Virus record (IMG/VR): IMGVR_UViG_3300026549_000034
Location: 129,182 to 193,181 of that record
DNA: 64,000 bases
DNA from: a virus
Lineage: Duplodnaviria > Caudoviricetes
Direction: 5' to 3' (one strand)
Positions 20,639 through 30,189 of the stretch are shown here, piece after piece. The position numbers and the translations under genes were made by a program. The notes under the pieces were generated by a model that saw only the letters and a list, made by a program, of their open reading frames with translations, was not told the origin of the DNA and did not search any database. The first letter of the stretch is position 1; the number at the start of each line of letters is the position of its first letter.

Positions 20639-20798
20639 ATATATTATAAGTATTTTTATATTTTCTTTCTTCTATATATTTAAAAATAAAAATTTGGTTT
20701 TACTATAATTATAACAACATATATTTTTTTAGAATAATTATTAAATTGAATTTCTATAAATTTTTATTCTATTTTAAATAAATTTATAAATATAAGAT

Positions 20799-21464
20799 AT
20801 GTTAAGTAAAATTGATAAAATATACATTATATCATATACTAAAAATGATATATCACGACAACATATAAAAGAACAACTTAATTATCATGGAATAACTGAC
20901 TTTGAATTTATATATACTTATAATGTATCTGAAAATATTATAAACAACCCACATAATCTTAGTATTCAGCACCTAAGTGTATCTTTTACTCATTATGATA
21001 TTATTAAGAAAAGTTATGAATTAGGATTAGAAAGAATACTTATTTTTGAAGATGATGTACTTTTTCTACAAGACAAAAAGTTATTTAATGAAGTTTTGAA
21101 TAAAGGTATAGAATCATCTGCGGACATATATATGTATGATTATAGTAAAAGAAATACAAATATAGAAAATGTATATGCTTTTATATTAACATCAGGATAT
21201 ATGCTAAATAGAAATGGTATGAAGTTTATGATTGATAATTATGAAAATGACCCATTTATAATTGATGAATATTTTTATTATGATGAAACAAATAAATACT
21301 TTATAGATAATATATATTTTAATTTAAATAAAAATTCATTTACTTTATATATTCAGAATAGAAATACAACACTTAAATATGCTGATATACATTTATGTCA
21401 TCAAGGACCTAATTATTATGTAGAAAATGATAATATAAATGAAGACTTATATTTTAAATATTAA
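20799..21464 (+). CDS. glycosyltransferase family 25-like
   Basis: KIYIIS, THYDIIKKS, ILIFEDD, GYML. Confidence 0.75.
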   Translation: MLSKIDKIYIISYTKNDISRQHIKEQLNYHGITDFEFIYTYNVSENIINNPHNLSIQHLSVSFTHYDIIKKSYELGLERILIFEDDVLFLQDKKLFNEVLNKGIESSADIYMYDYSKRNTNIENVYAFILTSGYMLNRNGMKFMIDNYENDPFIIDEYFYYDETNKYFIDNIYFNLNKNSFTLYIQNRNTTLKYADIHLCHQGPNYYVENDNINEDLYFKY

Positions 21465-21495
21465 TTGAATTTCTACAGATTTTTTACTATATTTT
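21464..21495 (+). promoter_or_regulatory. phage promoter motif copy
   Basis: attgaatttctacagattttttactatatttt upstream of the topoisomerase large subunit. Confidence 0.6.
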
Positions 21496-21523
21496 ATTAC
21501 TATAGATAATTAATTGAAATAAT

Positions 21524-23425
21524 ATGACAAAGAAAATTGAAGAAAAGTATACATCAATGTCAGAACGTCAACATATATTAAGTCGTTCTGGAATGTATAT
21601 TGGTTCTATTAAAGAGGAGGAAAATCAAGTATTTATATATGATGCTGATGAAAATAAGATGATTATGAAGGATGTCATCTATTCACCAGCAATGCTTAAA
21701 TTGTTTGATGAAATATTGTCAAACTCATGTGATGAATTCCGTCGCAAAGATAATATGGGATTGACAACTATATCTATACTAATAGATAGAACAACAAATG
21801 CAATTACTATTGAAGACAACGGCGGTATTCCTATTGTAAAGCATAAGGAAGCAAAAGTATATGTTCCTGAATTTATTTTTGGACAACTTAGAACATCTTC
21901 AAACTATGATGATACTGAAGATAGAAATGTTATTGGAACAAATGGTCTTGGTTCAGTATTAAGTAATATCTTTTCAAAAAAGTTTATTGTAGAATCCGCG
22001 GACAAGAAAAACAAACTTCATGTAGAATGGACGGATAATATGGAGCATAAATCTGAACCAGTAATCAGTAAATGTTCAGATCATTATACAAAAACTACAT
22101 TCTATATTGATTTTGATAGGTTTGACCAAAAGACATTCGGTATTACTGATGATTTTGTATCTATACTTCATAAACGTTGTATAGATGCTGCAGCAGCTAA
22201 TTTGGGATTAACTATTAACTTTACTGAAAAAACAAAAGAAACAACAAATAAGAATAAATGGAAGTTTAAGAAGTTTGAAGAATACATGGAACTTTATTCA
22301 GACTACATTGATCTTTCATGTATTATATCTTATAAGGATAATAAAAAACAAATTTGGATATGCCCGGACAGTGAAGTTGATGTGGCATTTGTAAATGGTG
22401 CGGAATGTTCAAAAGGTACACATATCAAAGCAGTAAGATATCCAGTAGGTCATGTCATTACTGAAATACTTAAAAAGAAACATAAGATAGATGTAACTAA
22501 TAAAGCAATAGATACTAAATATGGAGTGTTTGGAATATTTGATATAAGTAATCCAACATATAGTTCACAGACTAAAGAAGAACTTACAAATTCACAAGAT
22601 AGCTTCTATAAGGATGGATCGGAATTCAAATTGTCTGATGACTTTCTTAAGAAATGCCAGAAATCAGAAATTGTTGATCTGGTAATAGATTGGTATAAGA
22701 AAAAATGTGAAGCAGAAGATCAAGCAAAAATCCGTAAACTTAATCGTGAAGCAAAGAAACTATTAAGATCTGACAAATTTATTAATTGTACATCAAAGAA
22801 AAATAGAGAAAAAGAACTCTGGGTCTATGAGGGAGACTCCGCCCACACAGGATTCAGAATGGCAAGAAATCCACAAACACAAGCAAGTTATAGAATGAGA
22901 GGAGTACCTTTAAATTGTATTGGTATGACAGCAACGCAGGTAATGAAAAACCAAGTATTTAATGATATAGTAAATATTATTGGTCTACAATGGGGTCAAT
23001 ATAATAATGTAGATGATTTGAAATTTGGTAAGTTCATTATTACTTCTGATGCTGACTATGATGGTGATAAGATTGCAAGTCTATTACTTGTATTTGCTAT
23101 GCATTTTCCTGAGCTGTTTGATCAAGGATTTATATATAGGGTTGTTACCCCAATTATAACAGCAACTAAAGGAAAAGACCATAGAGTTTATTATACCAGA
23201 GAAGAATATGAAAAAGATTCTAAAAAACTTAAAGGATATGTCATAAAGTATTTGAAAGGAGTAGGTACACAAACTAATGCAGATACTAAAGAAATGATGA
23301 CAAATCCTAAACTTATTAAATTTACTAAAGACAATATGGCTGAACTTATGATTAAGAAATGGTTTGGTAAGGGTGAAGCAAGTACAAGAAAGAGTATATT
23401 AAAAGATGATGTAGAAGCAGAATAA
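21524..23425 (+). CDS. type II DNA topoisomerase, ATPase/TOPRIM subunit (T4 gp39+gp60/GyrB-like)
   Basis: HILSRSGMYIGS, FDEILSN, GTNGLG, EGDSA, DADYDG, YLKGVG. Confidence 0.95.
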   Translation: MTKKIEEKYTSMSERQHILSRSGMYIGSIKEEENQVFIYDADENKMIMKDVIYSPAMLKLFDEILSNSCDEFRRKDNMGLTTISILIDRTTNAITIEDNGGIPIVKHKEAKVYVPEFIFGQLRTSSNYDDTEDRNVIGTNGLGSVLSNIFSKKFIVESADKKNKLHVEWTDNMEHKSEPVISKCSDHYTKTTFYIDFDRFDQKTFGITDDFVSILHKRCIDAAAANLGLTINFTEKTKETTNKNKWKFKKFEEYMELYSDYIDLSCIISYKDNKKQIWICPDSEVDVAFVNGAECSKGTHIKAVRYPVGHVITEILKKKHKIDVTNKAIDTKYGVFGIFDISNPTYSSQTKEELTNSQDSFYKDGSEFKLSDDFLKKCQKSEIVDLVIDWYKKKCEAEDQAKIRKLNREAKKLLRSDKFINCTSKKNREKELWVYEGDSAHTGFRMARNPQTQASYRMRGVPLNCIGMTATQVMKNQVFNDIVNIIGLQWGQYNNVDDLKFGKFIITSDADYDGDKIASLLLVFAMHFPELFDQGFIYRVVTPIITATKGKDHRVYYTREEYEKDSKKLKGYVIKYLKGVGTQTNADTKEMMTNPKLIKFTKDNMAELMIKKWFGKGEASTRKSILKDDVEAE

Positions 23426-23513
23426 TTAATTATAAAGGAGATATTTTTTATCTCTTTTATATTAAATTGCAAAAATAATATTATTATTAATTAAATAATA
23501 TAATTATTAAATT

Positions 23514-23720
23514 ATGAGATATATAGTTAAAAAGAATATATATACAAATGAAATTGAAGATTGTTGGGATTCATTAAAAAAATGTGCAGATGAAATTGGA
23601 GTAAAACCGCCAACAATTAAACAAGCAATTCGTACAAAAGGTAAATGTAAAAATTATTTTTTTGCATATAAAGAATTAGACAAAAAATATATTTTAGAAT
23701 TATTAAAAAATGACAGATAA
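23514..23720 (+). CDS. NUMOD1-like HTH protein (homing-endonuclease DNA-binding module)
   Basis: WDSLKKCADEIGVKPPTIKQAIR..GKCKNYFF. Confidence 0.6.
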   Translation: MRYIVKKNIYTNEIEDCWDSLKKCADEIGVKPPTIKQAIRTKGKCKNYFFAYKELDKKYILELLKNDR

Positions 23721-23880
23721 TGATGCTATAAATTGTTGGACTATACGAGATGTATTGAAACGAAATACTGCTAAACAAAACAATTTAAATTATTTGAAAT
23801 TTTTTACTATATTAGAATTAGAAAATTGGTTAAAAACATATGAAGCAGAATCAAAACATTACGGAGAGAACAATATCTAA
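23710..23880 (+). pseudogene. probable C-terminal remnant of a homing endonuclease (ORF not in the supplied track)
   Basis: manual translation MTDNDAINCWTIRDVLKRNTAKQNNLNYLKFFTILELENWL..., resembling Vsr/DUF559-like nuclease C-termini. Confidence 0.45.
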
Positions 23881-25240
23881 TTTTTTGGATAAGGAATATA
23901 GAGGCTACTCGAATTACGTCATACAAAATCGAGCCTGCCCCTCATTGATTGACGGATTTAAGACGGGTGCAAGAAAGATTATGCATGCAGCTATGAAGGG
24001 TTCACTTAAAAATGGCGAGACTAAGAAGGTTACTGCATTAGCTGGTGAGACTATGACGCATTCACTTTATCAGCATGGTGACGCAAGCCTCAATGGAACA
24101 ATCATTACCTTATCACAAGAATTTGACTTCAATCTAAATCCTCTCTTTATTGATGGTCAAAATGGTTCTTTAAGATCTCAAGATGCAGCAAGTCCTCGTT
24201 ATCTTTATGTACGTCATTCTAAATATACTCCTATTTGGAAGACTGACTATGATCTTTTGGAATTTGAAGAGGAAGAAGGAGAACAAGTAGAACCTAAGTA
24301 TTATTTACCAATTATACCTGTATTACTTGCACAACGGCAAGAAGGGATGGCTCCGGGCTACAGATTCTCAAATATGTCGTATGATCCTGTAGACATTATA
24401 GATGCATGTATAACAGTTTTAAATTCAAAGAAGAAAGAAAATAAGCTTGATGGATTTGTGTTGCATCCTTATATTAAAGGGATTAAGAAAAAGAATTGGA
24501 AATATGAGACTGAAGAAAATGAAGTATCTCATTGGGTAAACTATGGAGAATTTAAATGGGATGAGAAAAGAAAAGAAATAATTATAAAAGATCTTCCTTA
24601 TGATATGGATTTTGATTCCTTTGAAAAGCTTTTAAATAAATTAGTTGAAAAGGAAGAAATTAAAGATTGGAAAAACTTATCTTCAGGTACGGACATTGAA
24701 TATCATATTGATTGTAAAAGGGGCAAATGGGCAGCTACTTTAAAAGGTAAGTTAGTAAATAAGAAAATAGAGCAAAAACTTAAATTACGTAAAGTTGTAC
24801 CTGATGATTTGCTTTGGGTTATTGATGAAAATAAGAAAGTAAAGCATTTTAGTACACCTTATGAATTAATAGAATATTTTGTAAACTTCAGATTGCTGAA
24901 ATATAACGATAGAAAGAAACGTTTAGTAAAGATTCTTGAAGAACGTCTTAAGAAGAATGATGATTTAGTTAAGTTTATTGAATTGGTTTGTAAAGGAAAA
25001 CTTAAGATTAGAAATCGTTCTAAGAAAGAAATTAAAGTAGACATGGATAGTTACAAATTACCTATGGAGTTAATTAGCACACCAATGAGTAAAGTAACTA
25101 TTGAAGAACGTGATGAATTACTTAAGCAAAATGAAGCAATGAGAAAAGAGCTTGAATATATTAAGAAAACAACAGAAAAGCAAATGTATATTAATGATCT
25201 GAATGATCTTAGAAAAGACTTAGAAAAGGATTTTAAATAA
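23840..25240 (+). CDS. type II DNA topoisomerase, breakage-reunion subunit (T4 gp52/GyrA-like)
   Basis: RACPSLIDGFKTGARK, YQHGDASL, AASPRY catalytic Tyr. Confidence 0.95.
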   Translation: MKQNQNITERTISNFLDKEYRGYSNYVIQNRACPSLIDGFKTGARKIMHAAMKGSLKNGETKKVTALAGETMTHSLYQHGDASLNGTIITLSQEFDFNLNPLFIDGQNGSLRSQDAASPRYLYVRHSKYTPIWKTDYDLLEFEEEEGEQVEPKYYLPIIPVLLAQRQEGMAPGYRFSNMSYDPVDIIDACITVLNSKKKENKLDGFVLHPYIKGIKKKNWKYETEENEVSHWVNYGEFKWDEKRKEIIIKDLPYDMDFDSFEKLLNKLVEKEEIKDWKNLSSGTDIEYHIDCKRGKWAATLKGKLVNKKIEQKLKLRKVVPDDLLWVIDENKKVKHFSTPYELIEYFVNFRLLKYNDRKKRLVKILEERLKKNDDLVKFIELVCKGKLKIRNRSKKEIKVDMDSYKLPMELISTPMSKVTIEERDELLKQNEAMRKELEYIKKTTEKQMYINDLNDLRKDLEKDFK

Positions 25241-25258
25241 AAAATAAATATATAAATT

Positions 25259-25555
25259 ATGAATAAACAAAATCAATTAGGAAATATAAGATTACATGTT
25301 TTTGAACCTAAAGATTCAATAGAACAAAATGATTGGTATAAAGACATAACAACATTTAGTTATTCTAAGTGTTTTGAACATCCAGAATATATACAAATAG
25401 GTCATATTGTAGAGGATGATATGGGTGGTCGTTTTAGAATATTGTCAATACATCATAAGTGGATGAAAGATGAAAATAATAATCCACAACCAGTTATTGA
25501 ATTTACTGCTGAAAGATATATGAGACATGGAAAACAGAATCCATATATGATTTAA
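25259..25555 (+). CDS. hypothetical protein
   Basis: ORF in a same-strand gene run. Confidence 0.65.
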   Translation: MNKQNQLGNIRLHVFEPKDSIEQNDWYKDITTFSYSKCFEHPEYIQIGHIVEDDMGGRFRILSIHHKWMKDENNNPQPVIEFTAERYMRHGKQNPYMI

Positions 25556-25591
25556 GTAAACGAATATAATCAACAAAAACAACATTACAAA

Positions 25592-25909
25592 ATGAAAACA
25601 TTAGGTGAATTGAAAATTGGGGATGAATTTTATATTGTTCATTATGATGGTGGACATATATATGATATTGAAAAACATATAATTTCTATTGTTAATGAAA
25701 CAAGGATAGGAGAGATAATTAAGTTTTTTGATAGTAGAAATGATTTAATCAGTTTATCTATTGAAAGGGAAGATTACGGAAAGACTAACACATATGCATT
25801 TTATTGCGCATTAATAGCTTCAAATAAAGAGACAGTAAAATTACTTCTAGAAGATGATATGAAACTATTTATAAATAATGTTGAAAGATTAAACACAATT
25901 ATAAAATAA
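25592..25909 (+). CDS. hypothetical protein
   Basis: ORF in a same-strand gene run. Confidence 0.65.
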   Translation: MKTLGELKIGDEFYIVHYDGGHIYDIEKHIISIVNETRIGEIIKFFDSRNDLISLSIEREDYGKTNTYAFYCALIASNKETVKLLLEDDMKLFINNVERLNTIIK

Positions 25910-25913
25910 CTAT

Positions 25914-26372
25914 ATGACAATATTTTTGACAGGAACTATAGCTGATACCGCTGATGATTTAGATGTTAAGCGTTTCAATAAGCAAATTTTGGAATGTCAA
26001 TGGATAATAAATATGGCTGAAGGAAGAACAAAGCCGTCTAATCATCCAGCATATTTAATGTATAAAGATCATATTGAATGGGTGAAAAAATATCAAGAAT
26101 GTTTCATTGCCTATAAAGATAAAGATTACGGATTATACCAGTCAATATCTAAAACTGCTGAAAAAATACAGCCAAGTTTCATTTGCGAAGATCTTTATAA
26201 CAATTTTAAAAGAAGACTATATACAAAAGATCCAAATTATTATGAAAGATGGGCATATCTTGGAAATTCATATGCAAACTATTATTATGTAGATGGTAAT
26301 TGGATTAAGTATGAAAATGGTAAAAAGGAAATAGATAATACATTTGGTAAATTAAAAAATGGAAGACAATAA
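25914..26372 (+). CDS. pyrimidine-dimer DNA glycosylase/endonuclease V-like protein
   Basis: LDVKRFNKQILE..I and NHPA..MY motifs; LYTKDP. Confidence 0.7.
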   Translation: MTIFLTGTIADTADDLDVKRFNKQILECQWIINMAEGRTKPSNHPAYLMYKDHIEWVKKYQECFIAYKDKDYGLYQSISKTAEKIQPSFICEDLYNNFKRRLYTKDPNYYERWAYLGNSYANYYYVDGNWIKYENGKKEIDNTFGKLKNGRQ

Positions 26373-26703
26373 GAAATATCCACTACAACAATGTCAAGAT
26401 GATACTATAACTACCGCATTTAGAAGACTTCATGAACGATTGGTTGATGAAGTCATAGGTTTTTGTCGTGCTTATGATATATCAATTGATGAACTATATT
26501 TTAATGCAGATTCATTAGAAGATTCAATTAAACATGGAAGTTGGCAACCGTGTACTGATTCTTGTCTACAATTTAATAAGTTTACACAAGAATACAAAGA
26601 TTGTGTAAACATGAAAAATGAAGAATCTACACAAAAAATTACTAATTATAATGAATATAAAAGAATTATAAATGAACAAAAACCATTTTTAATAAGTATG
26701 TGA
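26359..26703 (+). CDS. hypothetical protein
   Basis: ORF overlapping the upstream stop. Confidence 0.65.
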   Translation: MEDNKKYPLQQCQDDTITTAFRRLHERLVDEVIGFCRAYDISIDELYFNADSLEDSIKHGSWQPCTDSCLQFNKFTQEYKDCVNMKNEESTQKITNYNEYKRIINEQKPFLISM

Positions 26704-26793
26704 TGCTTATAGAAAAAATTATTAAATGATTGTATTTTTTAGAAATTTATACTATATTTAATTTATAAGTTTAATAAGTAAATTAAATATTAT

Positions 26794-27618
26794 ATGAAAT
26801 TTGGAAATGTAGTTTTGCTTTGCAAGAATTGGTATCAAACGCGTGATCATAACAATTTTGATACATTTTGGATGGATATGGCTCATGCTATTGATGCTGA
26901 TGGTTGGTCGTGTATTTCTAAGAATGATGTTTATCTTTGGTGTCTGCATCGTCTTGATGAAATGAAAAATGATGAGAAACTGTATAATATAAGTAATCAA
27001 CTTACATTATCATATATATTTAATGAAGTTGAAAACATGATTCGTAGGGCTTTATGGTATGACAAAAAAGATTTGGATTATCGAGATGCATTGATTTGGG
27101 TATATCGGTCAATTATATCAAATATGGAAAAGTCATATTTTGATGAAGAACTATTACCGAATTCAAATGTACTTCCATTTAGTTTGCATGAAGCATGGGT
27201 TGATAATGAGAAATATTCAAAAAATCCGCAATGGCATCCTGCTCAAATGACTTGTGATTATCTTGAACATGTTAATAATATAATGGCTAATGGTAAAGCC
27301 CAAGATATTGATGAAAATCGCTTCAATCAAATAGAAGCATCTTTATATAAGAATTCATATAAGGATGTCCGCATTCCTATTGGGGAAGATAATTTGAATG
27401 ACTGTATTGAATTGGAACTTTCCGCAAGCAATCTGCAAAAACATAATGCAAAAATTGATGGTGAAGACGTTTGGTTTGAAATAGGAGTATTTGACCATTG
27501 TAATGATTTGCAATATCCTAAAAATTTGAATAAGTCATATAAATGCAGATTAAAGAAAACATATGATGATTTCTTTGATGAATATAAATATGAATTGAAA
27601 TCAGTTCAAGAAATCTAA
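26794..27618 (+). CDS. hypothetical protein
   Basis: 274-aa ORF preceded by a promoter motif copy (26729-26760). Confidence 0.75.
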   Translation: MKFGNVVLLCKNWYQTRDHNNFDTFWMDMAHAIDADGWSCISKNDVYLWCLHRLDEMKNDEKLYNISNQLTLSYIFNEVENMIRRALWYDKKDLDYRDALIWVYRSIISNMEKSYFDEELLPNSNVLPFSLHEAWVDNEKYSKNPQWHPAQMTCDYLEHVNNIMANGKAQDIDENRFNQIEASLYKNSYKDVRIPIGEDNLNDCIELELSASNLQKHNAKIDGEDVWFEIGVFDHCNDLQYPKNLNKSYKCRLKKTYDDFFDEYKYELKSVQEI

Positions 27619-27624
27619 ATAATA

Positions 27625-27656
27625 TTTGAATTTCTGTTGTTTTTATACTATATTAA
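27625..27656 (+). promoter_or_regulatory. phage promoter motif copy
   Basis: tttgaatttctgttgtttttatactatattaa. Confidence 0.65.
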
Positions 27657-27659
27657 ATT

Positions 27660-27857
27660 ATGAAAACAAATATCAAAGTTAGAAATTTCTTAGACAAGCA
27701 CCGTTTAAATATTACATTGGCTGCTCATACAGATACAATGTTATTTAGTGAACTAGAAAGACTATTTCAAGAGATGTATGACCTTGGACATTCAGATGGC
27801 TGGGCGGAAGGTTATTTAGATGCTTTATCAGAAATGAACTATTATGAAAATCTTTAA
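27660..27857 (+). CDS. hypothetical protein
   Basis: small ORF directly after the promoter motif. Confidence 0.6.
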   Translation: MKTNIKVRNFLDKHRLNITLAAHTDTMLFSELERLFQEMYDLGHSDGWAEGYLDALSEMNYYENL

Positions 27858-27872
27858 TAAATAAAAAATATT

Positions 27873-29204
27873 ATGTTTGAAATAGTAGGAAAGTATACAA
27901 AGGCAATTGTTTATAATGATAATATAGAAGATGAAGCGGTTGCACAGATATATGGTATAGTCAATTGTAAAGCTTATGAAGGTCAGACAATACGAATCAT
28001 GCCCGATACACACTGTGGAAAAGGGTCTGTCATAGGTTTCTGCTCAACCTTTGGAAAGTACATTGACCCAAGAACAGTTGGTGTAGATGTGGGCTGTGAA
28101 ATCTCAATGCATCTTTATGATAGACCTGTTCCTGCAGATAAGTATGCTGAGCTAAATCATAAGATTCTTAAAGAATGTGGTTGGGGATTCAATTTGTCTC
28201 CTAAGAAGATGTATGAAGACAAGGAGCTTTATAAGTTTATGTCAACAGAGTTCAGAAAGGCAAAGTCAAGACATCCTGAGAGTTTTGCAGAACTTCCTGA
28301 TACTGTTACTGAAAAGTGGGTTATGGATATGCTTAATCGTTTAGGAATGGATCCTAAGACATGGTATTATTCAATTAACAGCTTTGGTGGAGGTAATCAT
28401 TATTGTGAATATGATGTTAATGAAGAAAATAATCTTTACGGAATAACTGTTCATTGTGGTTCTCGAAACTTTGGTGTCAAGGTTTGTAAGTATTGGGAAA
28501 ATAAGTCAAAAGGTGCAGCTCTTTCAAAATCAGAGGTGAAAGAATATACTGATTTATTTAAAAAGAAGTATATTGAAGAACATGGACGAAAGAACATGGA
28601 AGGCTTTAAGGATGCTCTTAAGAAATATCTTGATTCAAGGACAGAAGGACATATTGAAGGTTTCTTGACAGGTGATAATATGCTTGGATATTTCTGCGAT
28701 ATGTATACAGCAAGAACATATGCACGTTTCAACCATATTATTCTTCACCGTACTATTGACAAAATAGTTGCAAAGTATGGGTGTAAGGTAATTAAGGAGA
28801 TTGTTTCTACGCATAATTATATTGACTTTGATGAAGATATTCCTATTATTCGTAAGGGTGCTATCCGAGCTTATGAAGGCGAGGAAATGCTTGTTCCTTT
28901 CAATATGAGAGATGGCGTAGCTGTTTGCGAAGGACTTTCAAATTCTGAATGGTTGAATTCCTGTGCTCATGGTGCTGGTCGTAAGATGTCTCGTTCAAAG
29001 GCTAAAGAAAATGTTTCTATGGAAGAGTTTAAGGAATCAATGAAGGATGTATATTCAACTACAGTTTGCAAGGGAACTATTGATGAGTCTCCTATGGCTT
29101 ATAAGGACACTAATGAGATTAAGGAATTGATTCAGGAAACTTGTAAGATTAAGTTCATGATGATACCTAAGATCAATATTAAAGCAGCAGATGGTGGAGA
29201 TTGA
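27873..29204 (+). CDS. rtcB: RtcB RNA 3'-phosphate ligase
   Basis: MPDTHCG, VGVDVGC, GGGNHY, VHCGSR, HNY, RKGA, HGAGR, DESPMAYK. Confidence 0.95.
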   Translation: MFEIVGKYTKAIVYNDNIEDEAVAQIYGIVNCKAYEGQTIRIMPDTHCGKGSVIGFCSTFGKYIDPRTVGVDVGCEISMHLYDRPVPADKYAELNHKILKECGWGFNLSPKKMYEDKELYKFMSTEFRKAKSRHPESFAELPDTVTEKWVMDMLNRLGMDPKTWYYSINSFGGGNHYCEYDVNEENNLYGITVHCGSRNFGVKVCKYWENKSKGAALSKSEVKEYTDLFKKKYIEEHGRKNMEGFKDALKKYLDSRTEGHIEGFLTGDNMLGYFCDMYTARTYARFNHIILHRTIDKIVAKYGCKVIKEIVSTHNYIDFDEDIPIIRKGAIRAYEGEEMLVPFNMRDGVAVCEGLSNSEWLNSCAHGAGRKMSRSKAKENVSMEEFKESMKDVYSTTVCKGTIDESPMAYKDTNEIKELIQETCKIKFMMIPKINIKAADGGD

Positions 29205-29251
29205 TTTCTCCATCATTTGTTACTATTTTAAATAAAATTATAAATACTTAT

Positions 29252-30079
29252 ATGAAATCGCTTTCACAAATAATAAAAGAATCATTTAATAGTACTGACA
29301 TAAATGAATTTGATTCATATATTGTTGAGGGCTTAAATATTGATCCAATATCTAAAACGGTATCATTGACAGATACTCATAGTAATGGTGTTGACTTTTC
29401 ATTATTAAATAATCCGGTCTATTCAAAATATAAAGAATATGATGTTATATCAATATTTAAGAGAACTAAGTTATATGATATAGATAATCAGCAAAGAGAT
29501 GGAAATCCTTTTATATATGCATTAAAGAATAAATATGGATGGAAATTTAACATAACAAATGAAGAAATCTATAAGTACATTAAAAGATTTTTAACTATTT
29601 GTAAAAAAATAAATTCACAATATGATACTATTATTGTTACACCATCAACAAGTGATATTAATGAAAAATTCATGAAAGTCATTTCCAATCAAATAAAGTC
29701 TAAAGACATATTAAATGAATTTTTTGTTAAGTTATCTATTGAAGAAATTATTGATGATGATTTAATTGACAAAGAACAAATACAAAATGACTACCCAAAT
29801 GAATTCAATAAAGTAATTGCCGAAATTCACCATAGTTTTAGAAGAATGAAAGGGACATCATTTGAAGCAAAAATAATGAATAAAAAATATTTAAAATATA
29901 TAAAATACATAAGCACTGAGTATAATGAAGATATCAGATCAAAAATTGATAATAAAGATATATTGATTTTAGATGATACAATATCTTCAGGAGAAACAAT
30001 TAGTCAATGTATTAATGGAGTATTATCAAATTTTGTTCCGAAATCAATTACAATTATAATATTATTATCAAAATTATAA
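29252..30079 (+). CDS. phosphoribosyltransferase-fold protein with capsid-targeting-like leader
   Basis: PRPP-binding loop ILILDDTISSGET; ATG at 29252 gives MKSLSQIIKE. Confidence 0.75.
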   Translation: MKSLSQIIKESFNSTDINEFDSYIVEGLNIDPISKTVSLTDTHSNGVDFSLLNNPVYSKYKEYDVISIFKRTKLYDIDNQQRDGNPFIYALKNKYGWKFNITNEEIYKYIKRFLTICKKINSQYDTIIVTPSTSDINEKFMKVISNQIKSKDILNEFFVKLSIEEIIDDDLIDKEQIQNDYPNEFNKVIAEIHHSFRRMKGTSFEAKIMNKKYLKYIKYISTEYNEDIRSKIDNKDILILDDTISSGETISQCINGVLSNFVPKSITIIILLSKL

Positions 30080-30132
30080 CATTATTATCAAAATTGTGAA
30101 AAGCATATCAAAGAAGTAAAATTTTAATATAG

Positions 30133-30164
30133 TTTGAATTTTTCTATATTTGTTTCTATATTAT
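30133..30164 (+). promoter_or_regulatory. phage promoter motif copy
   Basis: tttgaatttttctatatttgtttctatatt. Confidence 0.55.
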
Positions 30165-30189
30165 ATATGTAAACAATTAAAAATATATA

